Assembly (NCBI GenBank): GCA_030059675.1
Contig: JANVYQ010000002.1
Span: 32,001-96,000 of the forward strand
DNA: 64,000 nucleotides
Direction: 5' to 3'
From: Candidatus Pelearchaeum maunauluense
Lineage (GTDB): Archaea > Thermoproteota > Nitrososphaeria_A > Caldarchaeales > Caldarchaeaceae
Within the stretch, counting starts at the first letter, position 1, and every line of letters starts with the position of its first letter. The notes under the pieces are model-generated. The model ran no database searches. It was not told the origin of the DNA and was given only the letters and a program-made list of their open reading frames with translations. Of the stretch, positions 62,924 through 64,000 are shown piece by piece. The position numbers were made by a program, and so were the translations under genes.

Positions 62924-64000
62924 TCAACGCCTCTCCACTTTTATCCGATTTATCTCAACTTGCGTAAGCTGGCGTATTCTGCTAAACTCCCGCTTCTCTT
63001 CAGGGGTTATTATCGTGTAGCTCCTACCAGCCTTCCCAGCTCTGGCCGTCCTGCCTACACGGTGGAAATATAGCAACGGGTTCTTGGGAGGCTCGTAGTT
63101 TATGACGCAATCCACGCTGGGTATGTCAAGACCCCTACCAGCCACGTCTGTTGCCACGAGTATCCTAGCCCTCCCATCCCTAAACCTGCTCATCGCGCGA
63201 AGCCTCTCGCGCTGAGACAAATCGCCATGTATCGCTACGGCATCCATCTTGAGGCGCCTAAGCTTCTCCGAGAGTCTGCGGACACCAACCTTAGTATTGC
63301 AGAACACCATGCAGCGGGCACCGCGCTCAAGCTCCAAAACGCCTAGAAGGGTCTTCAGCCTATCACCCCCAGAATGGACAAGATAATACTGCCTCAGCTT
63401 CTCTACTGAGGGCTCGCTCCAATCTAGGAGAATTTTCTCAGGGCTACGCATATACTTCCGAGACAGAGTGATTATGTTCTGCGGTATTGTGGCGGAGAAT
63501 ATTGCAACCTGCTTCCGCTCAGGTGTATGTTTTAGTATGTATTCCACGTCATCTATGAAGCCCATCTCCAGCATGGTGTCGGCCTCGTCTATTACGACCA
63601 TGCTCACACGGCTGAGCGTTAGGGTCCTCCTCTTTATGTGGTCTATAACCCTGCCAGGAGTTCCGACAACCACATGCACACCGCGTTTAAGGCGGTCTAT
63701 CTGCTGCTTTATCGGCTGGCCACCATAGAGCGTAGCAGCACGCACACGCATATACTTGCCCAGCCGTCTTATCTCCTCGGTTATCTGTATAGCCAGCTCG
63801 CGCGTCGGCGCCAACACGAGAGCCTGAACACTACCATCCTCAACGTCTAGCCTCTGGAGCATGGGGAGAGCATATGCGGCTGTCTTCCCAGTCCCAGTCT
63901 TCGCCTGCCCTATCACATCCCTACCATCCAGAAGCGGGGCTATCGCTCTACGCTGTATCGGGAAAGGCTCGGCGAAGCCAGCGTCGGCACACGCCCTCAC
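62924..64000 (-). CDS. DEAD-box RNA helicase (start lies beyond the right edge)
   Basis: AKTGTGKT, PTRELA, DEAD, SAT, HRVGRTAR. Confidence 0.95.
   Translation of the reverse strand: MRACADAGFAEPFPIQRRAIAPLLDGRDVIGQAKTGTGKTAAYALPMLQRLDVEDGSVQALVLAPTRELAIQITEEIRRLGKYMRVRAATLYGGQPIKQQIDRLKRGVHVVVGTPGRVIDHIKRRTLTLSRVSMVVIDEADTMLEMGFIDDVEYILKHTPERKQVAIFSATIPQNIITLSRKYMRSPEKILLDWSEPSVEKLRQYYLVHSGGDRLKTLLGVLELERGARCMVFCNTKVGVRRLSEKLRRLKMDAVAIHGDLSQRERLRAMSRFRDGRARILVATDVAGRGLDIPSVDCVINYEPPKNPLLYFHRVGRTARAGKAGRSYTIITPEEKREFSRIRQLTQVEINRIKVERR

Overview
Archaeal chromosomal window, probably from a thermophilic TACK-lineage organism (inferred from gene content). 1-25.8 kb is core genome: kae1, aIF5B, ribosomal proteins, RNA polymerase subunits, aIF2-gamma, ndk, gltX, mevalonate genes, enolase, nth and Lhr. 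About 25.8-55.3 kb is a decaying accessory region with a broken por operon, six PaREP1 genes, an IS6 element with an 8-bp target duplication, toxin-antitoxin remnants and glycosyltransferase fragments. 55.3-64 kb holds malate synthase, a NosD-like/cupredoxin cluster and a DEAD-box helicase. The main discovery is the Fe/Mn superoxide dismutase gene (43025-43659). It is interrupted inside its DVWEH-AYY motif by a 32-nt insert that folds into a canonical bulge-helix-bulge, and the predicted cut sites exactly restore the protein, so it is a candidate tRNA-type intron in an archaeal mRNA. The sod 3' end, intron included, is repeated 5952 bp downstream, bounding an apparent integrated element. That element carries a roughly 0.8-kb structured minus-strand RNA with at least six K-turn/K-loop motifs and a tandem-HNH ORF inside its terminal stem. 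It also carries a second structured RNA segment and three 12-bp-period repeat arrays abutting TATA-like boxes. All structures were folded by eye; no database search was run.
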